A DNA stretch of 64,000 bases from Patescibacteria group bacterium UBA4787 (GCA_002402995.1 DHGX01000004.1:85186-149185); one strand, 5' to 3'. Positions 49,613 through 59,114 are shown, numbered from the stretch's first letter. Made by a program: numbers and translations. The notes: a model not told the origin generated them from the letters alone.

Positions 49613-51052
49613 TTATCGTTTTAATAAATTACGAAAATAAGATAAATCTTCTTTGGAAATAATCCCTGATATCAAAATTCCAATCACGTAACTTAATATT
49701 CCGACCATCATCAAAAATATAAAATTAATCCTGTCTTGGAGAACATAAACTATAAAACCCATAATCATGGAAATAGCGAGGATCTTCAGGAAGTTAAAGA
49801 AAATATTTTTTAATTTAAAATTGATAGCCTTATAAGTATATATAAAACCCAGAAGCGCTAAAATAAAAAAACTTGCCGTACTGGCTATGGCGGCACCCTG
49901 ATATTGATATAGTGGGATTAAAAGCAAATCAAATAAAATAATAGCAATCATCGCGATACCCCTGTTTCTGGCATTTATTTTTTCTTTAGAAGAAGCGTTG
50001 AGAACAGAAACAAATATATAGTCTAAAAACGCAAAGAACATTCCAAAAATCATTATTTTTAAAGGAATGGAGCTGGCCGTAAATTTAACGCCGTAAACAA
50101 TTTGTGTTATTTGTCTGGCCAAAATAAAAACTGAAACAACGATCGGAGTGACGACGAGTAAAATGTATTCAAAGGTTTTCTCGACAATCTTAACAATTTC
50201 TTCTTTTTGCTGCTTAGAAAAGTAATAACAAATAGTTGGGTAGATAGAGGCGGCAAAAGCAACAGGAAACATCCGCAATGCGTTAGGAATTTTCTGGGCA
50301 GCCGAATAATAACCAACTGCTTGATCGCCGCTTAATAACGAAAGCAAAACAATGTCGATGTAACCAAAAACACTGCCAAAAAAACTAGCCCCAAAAAAAT
50401 GAAAAGATTTCTTAATTATATGTTTAATAAGCGAAATATCAATTATAAATTCCGGCTTAAGTTGGTATTTTCTATTGGTTATAATAATAAGATAAAAAAG
50501 AATAATAATTTCTGATAAAATTAATGGAACGAAAAGATAAACTGTGGGCAATTTTAGAAAAATAACCATTAGGCCGACCGAAAAAACTGTTAATTGGCCG
50601 ATAATAATACCGATACTCTCGTATTTTAAATTTTGATAACCTCGAATAACCGAATAAAGCGTCCCGTTAATATTATTAATGATTATCATAATTCCTGCCA
50701 AATAAACCATCCAACGAATTTCTATTGGTTTGCCTAATAAAAAAATAGCGGCCACCATTATAAAATAAATAATGACGCCGCTTAACAATTTAAAAATAAT
50801 AATATTGCCCAAATAACGCGCTGTATTTTTAATTTCGCGCGCTACCTCACGAATTAAAAAATTGTTTATGCCCAAATCAATAAATACGACAAAAATGGAC
50901 GTAAAAGATAAAGCAAAAGAATATTGCCCGAGAGCTTCAACGCCTATGGCTCTCGCCAAAATAGCAAAATACAAAAAAGTTATAAATTTCTGAACGATGG
51001 AACCGAGAGTATACCACAAAGTATTCTTTTTCAGCCCCGGACCTTGAAGCAT
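49613..51052 (-). CDS. oligosaccharide/polysaccharide flippase (Wzx/MOP superfamily)
   Basis: About 12-14 transmembrane helices. The start is placed at the internal Met, which avoids a 73-nt overlap with rpsI. Confidence 0.65.
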   Translation of the reverse strand: MLQGPGLKKNTLWYTLGSIVQKFITFLYFAILARAIGVEALGQYSFALSFTSIFVVFIDLGINNFLIREVAREIKNTARYLGNIIIFKLLSGVIIYFIMVAAIFLLGKPIEIRWMVYLAGIMIIINNINGTLYSVIRGYQNLKYESIGIIIGQLTVFSVGLMVIFLKLPTVYLFVPLILSEIIILFYLIIITNRKYQLKPEFIIDISLIKHIIKKSFHFFGASFFGSVFGYIDIVLLSLLSGDQAVGYYSAAQKIPNALRMFPVAFAASIYPTICYYFSKQQKEEIVKIVEKTFEYILLVVTPIVVSVFILARQITQIVYGVKFTASSIPLKIMIFGMFFAFLDYIFVSVLNASSKEKINARNRGIAMIAIILFDLLLIPLYQYQGAAIASTASFFILALLGFIYTYKAINFKLKNIFFNFLKILAISMIMGFIVYVLQDRINFIFLMMVGILSYVIGILISGIISKEDLSYFRNLLKR

Positions 51053-51074
51053 AAAATAATTTTTAAAATACAAA

Positions 51075-51635
51075 CTAACGTTTTTTCCATTGCGGAGCCC
51101 GGCGCGCTCTTTTAAGGCCAGGTTTCTTTCTTTCTTTGATGCGGGCATCGCGGGTTAAAAAGCCAAGAGATTTTAAAGAATCTCTCAAATTATTATCTAT
51201 AGCAATCAAGCATTTAGCTATACCCAACCGAATGGCTTCGCTCTGCGCGCTAATTCCTCCTCCTTTTACGCGAATAATAAATTTATAATTCTTATATTCT
51301 TTAAATAAATTTAAAACATTTTCGATGTTTTTTTGCCAGGAAAAATATGGAAAATATTTTTTATAATCCTTTTTATTAACTATTATTTCGCCTAATCCAT
51401 GCCCCCAAACCTGAATTTGAGCAATAGATGTTTTTCTTTTACCGGTTGCTTGACCAACTAAAACAGGGGCGCCGGTTTTTTTAGCTTTAACAATCTCTAT
51501 TTTAGGCATTACCCTCTTCTTTAATTCAAAAGTTATTGGAATTTCTTTTTCCGGTTTTGCGACAATTTGCTTTTTTGTCTTTTTAACAGAATTTTTAGGT
51601 TTAACAATTTTTTTTGTTGTTATATTTTTGGGCAT
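51075..51635 (-). CDS. rpsI: 30S ribosomal protein S9 (with ~55 aa lysine-rich N-terminal extension)
   Basis: The C-terminus KKPGLKRARRAPQWKKR and the S9 core are present. The N-terminal K-rich tail is unusual. Confidence 0.85.
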   Translation of the reverse strand: MPKNITTKKIVKPKNSVKKTKKQIVAKPEKEIPITFELKKRVMPKIEIVKAKKTGAPVLVGQATGKRKTSIAQIQVWGHGLGEIIVNKKDYKKYFPYFSWQKNIENVLNLFKEYKNYKFIIRVKGGGISAQSEAIRLGIAKCLIAIDNNLRDSLKSLGFLTRDARIKERKKPGLKRARRAPQWKKR

Positions 51636-51640
51636 AATTT

Positions 51641-52042
51641 TTAAAATTTAAATTCTAATCTTTTAATCATGCTCTTTCTCAGTTTGTTTTTGGGAAGCAT
51701 CTGATAAACGGTTTTTGTAAATGTTTTAGCCGGATCTTTCGCCATCGCTTCTCCTTTCGAAATGGTTTTTAAGTTGCCTATATAACCCGTGAATCGATGA
51801 TATTTATCTTGTTCTAATTTGCGTCCGCTAATAATTACTTTATCAATATTCTCGATGATTACCATGTCGCCTTGATCTAAATAAGGCAAATAATTGGTTT
51901 TATTCTTTCCATTTAAAATTTGAGCTACTTCACAAGCTAATCGACCGAACACTTTACCGCGCGCATCAATCGTATACTTCTTTCGTTCCGGCGTTATTGT
52001 TATGTTTTTTTTCTCCTTTTTTGAATATTTTCCCTTGGCCAT
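51641..52042 (-). CDS. rplM: 50S ribosomal protein L13
   Basis: 133 aa L13 in the rplM-rpsI pair. Confidence 0.9.
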   Translation of the reverse strand: MAKGKYSKKEKKNITITPERKKYTIDARGKVFGRLACEVAQILNGKNKTNYLPYLDQGDMVIIENIDKVIISGRKLEQDKYHRFTGYIGNLKTISKGEAMAKDPAKTFTKTVYQMLPKNKLRKSMIKRLEFKF

Positions 52043-52061
52043 ATTTTATTTAAATAAAATG

Positions 52062-52412
52062 TTAAATTAGTTCTAAGACAGCCAATGAGGCGGCATCTCC
52101 CTTGCGTTGCGCTAATTTAATTATTCTTGTGTAGCCACCCTTTCTGTTCAAATATTTAGAACTTATCTCTTCGATTATTTTTTTAGCCAACGCTCTATCG
52201 CCAACTATGCTTATTAATTTGCGACGAGACGCCAAGTCGTTTTTCTTTCCGAGAGTAATAGTTCTCTCAACAAAGGGTTTAATCATTTTGGCTTTGGCTA
52301 AAGTGGTCTTTGAACGACCATAAATAAAAAAATTCTTTAATAGCGCCGTTTTTAATGCTCGAAGCGGACCTTTTTCGCGACCTAAAATTTTTCCCTTTTT
52401 TTGATGACGCAT
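52062..52412 (-). CDS. rplQ: 50S ribosomal protein L17
   Basis: 116 aa L17 downstream of rpoA. Confidence 0.9.
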   Translation of the reverse strand: MRHQKKGKILGREKGPLRALKTALLKNFFIYGRSKTTLAKAKMIKPFVERTITLGKKNDLASRRKLISIVGDRALAKKIIEEISSKYLNRKGGYTRIIKLAQRKGDAASLAVLELI

Positions 52413-52424
52413 GTTCTAGAAATT

Positions 52425-53141
52425 TTATTTACTTTTTTTATCAATGTAATCGCCGATATAATTAAATTGATCAGCTAACATTTTAGCTGAATTTTTGAAA
52501 GCATCCATGGGCGAGATTGTCCCATCGGTTTCTAAATCAATAATTAATTTATCATAATCTGTTCTTTTCCCGACGCGAACATTTTCAACGCGGTGGCCAA
52601 TTTTAACAATGGGCGTGAAAATTGAATCAATTAACATGCTGCCCAATTCCAAGTTGGTTCGATCTTTCTCCTCAGAAGAAATGTAGCCATACCCTCCAAT
52701 AACTTCTGCGCTAATTTCTAGGATCGCTTTTTTCTCGGTAAGAGTAGCTATATATTGATCGGGGTTTACAATTTCAATATCAGAATTTTTATCAAAATCA
52801 CCCGCTGTTACTTTTTTTTCGCCGCTGACTTTCATTTTTAACAAAACAGGAGTTTCGTCCGATTTTAAGATCTTAAATCTTAAAGATTTAAGATTTAAAA
52901 CGATTTGTAAAATATCTTCTTTGATACCCGGTAAAGTAGAAAATTCGTGTTTTACGCCATGTATCTTAACAATATTAATGGCCGCGCCTGGTAAAGAAGA
53001 AAGCATTACCCTTCTTAAGGCGTTGCCCCACGTAATACCATAGCCCGGGTAACAAGGCTCAATGATAATAGTTGCTTTGTTTTTATTTTTTGTGCCTGCC
53101 TGTTGATATTCGACTTGACCTGGTATAAATATATTTTCCAT
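52425..53141 (-). CDS. rpoA: DNA-directed RNA polymerase alpha subunit, N-terminal domain only (no alpha-CTD)
   Basis: The 238 aa protein aligns with the alpha-NTD up to the linker and then ends. rplQ follows directly, so no separate CTD is encoded. Confidence 0.85.
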   Translation of the reverse strand: MENIFIPGQVEYQQAGTKNKNKATIIIEPCYPGYGITWGNALRRVMLSSLPGAAINIVKIHGVKHEFSTLPGIKEDILQIVLNLKSLRFKILKSDETPVLLKMKVSGEKKVTAGDFDKNSDIEIVNPDQYIATLTEKKAILEISAEVIGGYGYISSEEKDRTNLELGSMLIDSIFTPIVKIGHRVENVRVGKRTDYDKLIIDLETDGTISPMDAFKNSAKMLADQFNYIGDYIDKKSK

Positions 53142-53165
53142 AAAATTAAATATTTATTTATGATT

Positions 53166-53798
53166 TTATCTTGAATAAAATTCAACAATTAGCCTAGTAT
53201 CAACATCCTGCGGAAGTTCTTCGTCGTCCGGGTGTTTAACTATTTTAATAGTTGCATTTTTTGCGTCTATCGTGAACCATGTTAATTCGCGTTTTTTGCC
53301 TTTGTTAGCAGCTAAATTTTCTTGAATATTTTTTCTTATTTTTGAAGATTCTTTGATGGAAATTTCGTCGCCAATTTTTACGACATAAGAAGGAATATCT
53401 AGCTTTTTGCCATTAACCCGAACATGTCCGTGGCCAATTAATTGTTTACAGGCGTTTCTCGAAGACAAGAATCCTGCGTTAAAAACAACGCTGTCCAGCC
53501 TAGTTTCTAAAAGTCTAAAAAGCTGAAATTCGGTATTACCTACACTTTTTTTTGCTTTATTAAAATAATTTTTAAGCTGTCGCTCTAATATTCCGTATAT
53601 TTTTTTTAATCTTTGCTTTTCTCGCAATTGTTGTCCGTATTCAGAAGTTCTCGGAAAACCCTTGGGACCATGTTGTCCCGGCGGATATTTTCTTTTAACA
53701 ATAGCGCATTTTGGCGAATAACATCTCTCGCCTCTTAAAAATAATTTTTTGCCTTCTCGGCGGCAAAGTTTACATTTTGGTCCGGTTTCTCTTGCCAT
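53166..53798 (-). CDS. rpsD: 30S ribosomal protein S4
   Basis: 210 aa S4 with its N-terminal zinc-ribbon-like cysteines. Confidence 0.9.
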   Translation of the reverse strand: MARETGPKCKLCRREGKKLFLRGERCYSPKCAIVKRKYPPGQHGPKGFPRTSEYGQQLREKQRLKKIYGILERQLKNYFNKAKKSVGNTEFQLFRLLETRLDSVVFNAGFLSSRNACKQLIGHGHVRVNGKKLDIPSYVVKIGDEISIKESSKIRKNIQENLAANKGKKRELTWFTIDAKNATIKIVKHPDDEELPQDVDTRLIVEFYSR

Positions 53799-53833
53799 TT
53801 ATTTTACTTTAAATTTATATGATATTAGTAAAA

Positions 53834-54262
53834 TTAAACTCTTCTAACTTTCGGCGGACGGCAACCATTGTGCGGAATCGGTGTAATATCTTTTATGGTC
53901 GAAATATCCAAGCCATTCGCATGAAGAGCGCGAATCGCTGCTTCGCGTCCGGCGCCAACTCCCTTAACAAAAACTTGAACTTCTTTCAAGTCATATTTTT
54001 TGGCTTTTTCGATCGCATCTTTTACGATTATACTGGCAGCGTATGGAGTAGCTTTTTTGGGCCCACGAAATCCCATTTTTCCAGCTGCAGACCAACCCAA
54101 AACATTGCCCTGCATATCACTTATGCTGATTATAGTATTATTATAGGTTGCTTGAATATTAACCCGTCCTTTAATTATTTGTCTAACAACTTTTGAGGCT
54201 GCTGATTTTTGAACCACCTTATTTTCTTCTTTTTTTGTTTTCTTTGTTGCCATAAAAATCAA
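53834..54262 (-). CDS. rpsK: 30S ribosomal protein S11
   Basis: 142 aa S11. Confidence 0.9.
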   Translation of the reverse strand: MIFMATKKTKKEENKVVQKSAASKVVRQIIKGRVNIQATYNNTIISISDMQGNVLGWSAAGKMGFRGPKKATPYAASIIVKDAIEKAKKYDLKEVQVFVKGVGAGREAAIRALHANGLDISTIKDITPIPHNGCRPPKVRRV

Positions 54263-54278
54263 AAATTTTATTTAGGTT

Positions 54279-54668
54279 TTAGGTTTTTTGTGATGATGAT
54301 ATTCGTCCGGAACCCATAGTCTTTCTAACGTTTCCGCGAACCGTGCGAGAATTAGTTTTAGTTCGCTGTCCCCTTACTGGCAAACGCTTCATGTGTCTTG
54401 TGCCGCGATAAGCGCCAATATCTTTGAGTCTTTTAATGTTAGAAAAAATTTCGTGTTTCAATTCCCCTTCTGTTTTACAGTTTTTTTCGATCAATAATTT
54501 TAATTTCTCAACTTCTTCCGAAGTTAAGTCTTTTACTTTTTTATTTGGGTCTATACCAGCCATCGCGAGGATCTTGTTAGACAAACTTGGACCAATGCCA
54601 AAAATATGAGTTAGACCTATTTCGCTTCTTTTTTGGGGAGGTAAGTTGATACCCGCAATTCTTGCCAT
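54279..54668 (-). CDS. rpsM: 30S ribosomal protein S13
   Basis: 129 aa S13. Confidence 0.9.
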   Translation of the reverse strand: MARIAGINLPPQKRSEIGLTHIFGIGPSLSNKILAMAGIDPNKKVKDLTSEEVEKLKLLIEKNCKTEGELKHEIFSNIKRLKDIGAYRGTRHMKRLPVRGQRTKTNSRTVRGNVRKTMGSGRISSSQKT

Positions 54669-54701
54669 AAAAAATAGTAAAATTAAAATTAATTCTTAAA
54701 A

Positions 54702-54815
54702 TTATCCCTGTCGTTGTTTATGTTTGGGATTTTTACAAATAATATAAAGTACTCTGTTCCGTCGAACAGACTTGCAGAAGCGACAAATTTTTTTAACAGA
54801 AGCCCTAACTTTCAT
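54702..54815 (-). CDS. rpmJ: 50S ribosomal protein L36
   Basis: The hand translation [37 protein letters not shown] is 37 aa. It is absent from the ORF track because it falls below the size cutoff. Confidence 0.85.
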   Translation of the reverse strand: MKVRASVKKICRFCKSVRRNRVLYIICKNPKHKQRQG

Positions 54816-54975
54816 AATATACCGATAAAAACCATTAAATTAACAAAGAAAGTAAAATAATTATAATCGCTTCGCTCTTGAAATTTACTCGCTCAGGAAT
54901 CAGGTAAAAACCATTTTACCTATTCCCTCGCTCAAAAATTATACTCTAAAACAAAAAAAATGTCAATCAAAATAA

Positions 54976-55200
54976 CTAATATCGGAAAGTTATTCTACCC
55001 TTAGACAAATCATACGGACTCATTTCTATTTTAACTCGATCGCCCATGGCTATTCTAATCCGATTTAGTCTTAATCTTCCAGAAAGATAGGCCAAAATTT
55101 CTTGGCCATTATCTAATTTAACCTTAAAGGTCGTCGAAGGCAAAAGTTCTTCAATGGTTCCGTCTGATTCTAAAAATTCTTCTTTTTTGGCGTTAAACAT
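54976..55200 (-). CDS. infA: translation initiation factor IF-1
   Basis: S1-like OB fold. Two adjacent ATGs lie at 55198-55203, and repeat B6 abuts the start. Confidence 0.9.
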   Translation of the reverse strand: MFNAKKEEFLESDGTIEELLPSTTFKVKLDNGQEILAYLSGRLRLNRIRIAMGDRVKIEMSPYDLSKGRITFRY

Positions 55201-55285
55201 CATACTCGCTTTGCTTGTGAAATTGGGGCACTCGGAGTCAAATCAAAAGTAAAACTTTTGTTTGATCTCTTCGCTACCAATTATA
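55201..55285 (+). repeat. family B repeat, copy B6 (short form)
   Basis: It directly abuts the infA start codon. Confidence 0.8.
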
Positions 55286-55394
55286 GAAAAACTAACGTTT
55301 AATATTTTAAAACAATTATCATTCTTTGTCAATATTGCCAAAAAATTAATAAGGTCAAAACCGACTTTTAATTTCGGTTTTAAAAGTTTGGGCG

Positions 55395-56354
55395 CTAAAA
55401 ACCCACATATTCAATTTCTTCGTTCAACTCTATATTAAACTTGTCTTTGACTTTTTGTTTAATCAGACCGATTAATTTATAAGTGTCATTCGCCGTAGCA
55501 TGGTTGGCATTAATTATAAAATTCGCGTGTTTTTCGCTTATTTTTGCCCCGCCAATTCCTTGTTCCTTTAATCCTGTTTTTTCAATAAGCCAACCCGCCG
55601 GGATGGTGCCAATTTTTAAAAACCTCAAAAAATCGTCATGATATTCTGCCTCTATGGGCGCAACCATATCCGTGCTTAGGTTAATTAATTTCGCATTGCG
55701 AAATACGCAACCCGCGCTAGGTTCGAGCGGATTGTTCTTGCGCAATGCCAGATTCTTGTTCATCTCTTCGGCAATTGTCTTTTGATCTTGTTTCGCTAAT
55801 ATTATTTCCCCGCTTAAAATAATATAATTTTTATTTATCTTAAATAAACTGTATCGATAAGAAAATTCGCATTTGTCGGCGTCGAAAAAGAGTGTTTTAT
55901 TATTTTCAACATCAAAAACTTTAACACGCGGAGAATTATTCTCTATAGTTTTGCCAAAAGCTCCGGCGTTGCCGCATATTGCCCCGCCGATTGTTCCGGG
56001 AATGCCAGTCGCCCACTCCAGGCCGCTCAAAGAATTTTTAAAAGCAAAATCAACCAAAGAGCTTAAATCGACGCTTGCGTCAAATTTTAAAATTCCATTT
56101 TCGTATAAAATAGAATTTCCTTTAAATTTAATAACCAATCCCCTAAATCCTTGATCTGATATTAAAATGTTGCTGCCGTCGCCTAAAATAAAAAACGGTA
56201 TATTATTATCCCTCGCGTAAATCAAAGAAGCGCAGAGATCATCTGTGTTCCTAGGTTCATAAAAAAAATCGGCTGGGCCGCCTATTCTGAAGGTCGTATG
56301 GGGGCCCAACGCAACATTATTTTTTAAGTATTCTGCTTTAAACATCTTATTCAT
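55395..56354 (-). CDS. murB: UDP-N-acetylenolpyruvoylglucosamine reductase
   Basis: 319 aa with an FAD-binding N-terminus (HTTFRIGGPADFF, ILGDGSNIL) and the MurB C-terminal domain. Confidence 0.85.
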   Translation of the reverse strand: MNKMFKAEYLKNNVALGPHTTFRIGGPADFFYEPRNTDDLCASLIYARDNNIPFFILGDGSNILISDQGFRGLVIKFKGNSILYENGILKFDASVDLSSLVDFAFKNSLSGLEWATGIPGTIGGAICGNAGAFGKTIENNSPRVKVFDVENNKTLFFDADKCEFSYRYSLFKINKNYIILSGEIILAKQDQKTIAEEMNKNLALRKNNPLEPSAGCVFRNAKLINLSTDMVAPIEAEYHDDFLRFLKIGTIPAGWLIEKTGLKEQGIGGAKISEKHANFIINANHATANDTYKLIGLIKQKVKDKFNIELNEEIEYVGF

Positions 56355-56438
56355 TATACTCGCTTTGCGAGTGAAATTAGGGCACTCGGAGTCAAATCAA
56401 AAGAAGACTTTTGTTTGATCTCTTCGCTACTAATTATA
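56355..56438 (+). repeat. family B repeat, copy B7 (short form)
   Basis: It directly abuts the murB start codon (…GCGAGTATAATGAAT). Confidence 0.8.
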
Positions 56439-56558
56439 TCAGAAAATCTATGTTATTACTACACCATTAAAGGCATTCCGCGGCAAAAATGTAGAATCAC
56501 TTGGCTTAAAAAAGGAGAGGTGATATACTAGAATAAAGATAATCTAAACAAAAAAAAT

Positions 56559-57488
56559 ATGTTTTTGCCAACCATTCAACAAATTGACGAAAAAAACTTG
56601 CACTGGATCAATGTCTGCAGAACCGGCATCGAAGAAATAAAATTTCTGGAAGAAACTTATAAATTCCACCCTCTTCACCTGGCAGATTGCGCGTCTCCAA
56701 TCCAAAGACCAAAATTAGATGTCACCAATGACTATATTTTTATGGTCCTTCTGTTTCCTGTTTATCATAAAAAAACAAGGCAAATTGTTCCGACAGAGAT
56801 AGATTTTTTTATCGGCCCGGATTATTTAGTTACTGTTCATAACAACGAGCTTCCGCCTTTAATTAATTTCTTCAATCTTTGCCAAATCAGCGCGTCTCAT
56901 AGGAAGAAATATATTACGGGCAATCCCATGCTTTTACTGTACGAAATATTGAACCGCCTTTTTAAATATTGCCGGCCGCTTTTAGAGAATCTTCATTTGG
57001 GCTTAGCTAATATTGAAGATAATATTTTTAGGGGTTACGAAAGAAGAATGGTAAAAGAAATATTGATCATAAAAAAAAATATCGCCAATTTGCGCCGCAT
57101 CCTTCAAGTCCACCGATCTGTTGTCAATAAGTTGATAGAGAGAGGAGAACGAATGTTTTCGATGAGTCAAATTAAAATATTTTTTCTGCAATTAACCGAA
57201 TCTGCCAATGACATGTGGGATACGCTGGAAAACATACGCCAAACCATTGAAGATTTTGAACATACCAACAACGCTCTTATTTCGTTCCGCCTCACCGACA
57301 TCATGAAAATTCTTACTACAATATCTGTAGTAGTTTTGCCAATTTCTCTTTTAACGGGAATTTTCGGCATGGGCTTTAAAAGTACGCCATTTTTAAGCAA
57401 CCCTTATGGCTTTTGGGTTATTTTAGGTCTAATAATGGCGCTATTAATAGCTTTCGTATTCTACCTTAAACGCCGTAGGTGGTTGTAG
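56559..57488 (+). CDS. CorA-family divalent cation transporter with variant GMG signature
   Basis: 309 aa with two C-terminal transmembrane helices. The loop reads GIFGMGF where canonical CorA has YGMNF. Confidence 0.7.
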   Translation: MFLPTIQQIDEKNLHWINVCRTGIEEIKFLEETYKFHPLHLADCASPIQRPKLDVTNDYIFMVLLFPVYHKKTRQIVPTEIDFFIGPDYLVTVHNNELPPLINFFNLCQISASHRKKYITGNPMLLLYEILNRLFKYCRPLLENLHLGLANIEDNIFRGYERRMVKEILIIKKNIANLRRILQVHRSVVNKLIERGERMFSMSQIKIFFLQLTESANDMWDTLENIRQTIEDFEHTNNALISFRLTDIMKILTTISVVVLPISLLTGIFGMGFKSTPFLSNPYGFWVILGLIMALLIAFVFYLKRRRWL

Positions 57489-57511
57489 TTGTGGGATAAA
57501 TATAAATTATG

Positions 57512-57652
57512 CCAGGTAGTGAAAATTCGATAGTGCTTTTTGCTTCGGTTCACTATTTGGTTTCATTATTAATAAAATAAATATTCTTTGCTTCCAGTTT
57601 ATTCTTTCATATAATCGCACTTTAAGAGAAGCATCGAATTTCTACTACCTGG
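57512..57652 (-). mobile_element. family A MITE, copy A4 (short form, reverse orientation)
   Basis: TATG lies at 57508-11 and 57653-56. The cysS ATG is inside the right-hand duplication. Confidence 0.85.
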
Positions 57653-57653
57653 T

Positions 57654-59042
57654 ATGTTGCAGTTTTTTAACGACTTATCCAAAAAAAAGGAGATTTTTAC
57701 GCCAATAAAAAAAAGAGGCGTTGGTTTGTATACTTGCGGACCAACGGTTTATAATTATGTTCATATCGGTAATTTAAGAACATTTCTTTTAAATGATATC
57801 TTGAGAAGGACATTGGAGTATAACGGTTATTCTGTAAAAAATATAATTAATATAACCGACGTCGGACACTTAACTTCTGACGCTGATACAGGCGAAGACA
57901 AAATGGATAAAATGTCCAAGGCGGAAGGACGCGCTCCGGAAGAAATCGCGCAATTTTTTACCGACGCCTTTTTGGCCGACATTAAAGATTTGAATATTAT
58001 CCATCCCAATGTGCTTTGTAAAGCCACGGAACATATTCCGCAGCAAATAAAATTAATTAAAAAACTGGAAAAGAACGGCTTCACCTACCAAACCTCTGAA
58101 GCCGTATATTTTGACACGGCTAAATTTCCCGAATACGGCAAAATGGCCGGTTTTAGCGAGAAAAAAACCCAGGAAGCCCAGGCCAGAGTTGAAGAAGATC
58201 CGGAAAAGAAACATCTGGCTGATTTTACCTTATGGTTTAAGCGCGTTGGCCGCCACGCCCATCATATTATGCACTGGGATAGCCCCTGGGGCGACGGCTG
58301 GCCGGGGTGGCACATTGAGTGCAGCGCCATGTCAATGTATTATTTAGGCAAAACCTTTGATATTCACGGTGGCGGCATTGATCTTCTGCCGGTTCATCAT
58401 ATTAATGAAATCGCCCAATCCGAAGCGGCCACAGGCCAGAAATTCGTTAACTACTGGGTCCATGGGGAATTTATTCTAATGGACAGTAAAAAGATGGCCA
58501 GATCAGAGGGCGGATTTATTATGCTGCAGAATCTTATTGAAAAAGGCTTTAATCCCCTTGCCTTTCGCTATCTCTGCCTTAACACCCATTATCGCACGCA
58601 ATTAAACTTCTCTTTTCAGGCCTTGGAAGCGGCCCAGAATGCTTTGAATAAATTGTATCAAGCTATTAACGACTTCCCTAAACCGCGCGGCCGCGCTCCT
58701 GAATTTGAAGAACGCTTTTTAACGGCCATAAACGATGATTTAAATATGCCATCAGCTTTAGCCGTGGTTTGGGATTTACTTAAAACAAAAAATATTAAAC
58801 CCAGCGCCAAACTAAACACTTTATTCAAGTTTGATAAAGTTTTGGGACTTAAATTTGAAGAAACCTATAACAATTCCCAGGACACGCCGGAAGAAATAAA
58901 ACTTTTAGCCCAAGACAGAGAAGAGGCCAGGCAGGAAAAAAACTGGAAGAGAGCCGATGAAATCAGAAAAAAAATCCAAGAAGCCGGCTATCTGGTTGAA
59001 GACACGCCAACCGGACCTGATATAAAAAAAATAATATTGTAG
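57654..59042 (+). CDS. cysS: cysteinyl-tRNA synthetase
   Basis: 462 aa with HIGN (HIGH-like) and KMSKS-region motifs. The N-terminus aligns with canonical CysS. Confidence 0.9.
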   Translation: MLQFFNDLSKKKEIFTPIKKRGVGLYTCGPTVYNYVHIGNLRTFLLNDILRRTLEYNGYSVKNIINITDVGHLTSDADTGEDKMDKMSKAEGRAPEEIAQFFTDAFLADIKDLNIIHPNVLCKATEHIPQQIKLIKKLEKNGFTYQTSEAVYFDTAKFPEYGKMAGFSEKKTQEAQARVEEDPEKKHLADFTLWFKRVGRHAHHIMHWDSPWGDGWPGWHIECSAMSMYYLGKTFDIHGGGIDLLPVHHINEIAQSEAATGQKFVNYWVHGEFILMDSKKMARSEGGFIMLQNLIEKGFNPLAFRYLCLNTHYRTQLNFSFQALEAAQNALNKLYQAINDFPKPRGRAPEFEERFLTAINDDLNMPSALAVVWDLLKTKNIKPSAKLNTLFKFDKVLGLKFEETYNNSQDTPEEIKLLAQDREEARQEKNWKRADEIRKKIQEAGYLVEDTPTGPDIKKIIL

Positions 59043-59054
59043 TCCATAATAAAA

Positions 59055-59085
59055 ACAGCCCCGATAAATCGGGGCTGTTTTTTAA
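59055..59085 (+). terminator. rho-independent terminator after cysS
   Basis: ACAGCCCCGATAAATCGGGGCTGT followed by TTTTTT. Confidence 0.75.
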
Positions 59086-59114
59086 TATACATATAACGTA
59101 TCGGCATATCTAAT

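Noticed and set aside
56505-56525. Strong Shine-Dalgarno-like AAGGAGAGGTGAT upstream of corA
   Set aside because: It is 38 nt from the corA ATG and is followed by no start codon at a functional spacing. It is probably fortuitous.
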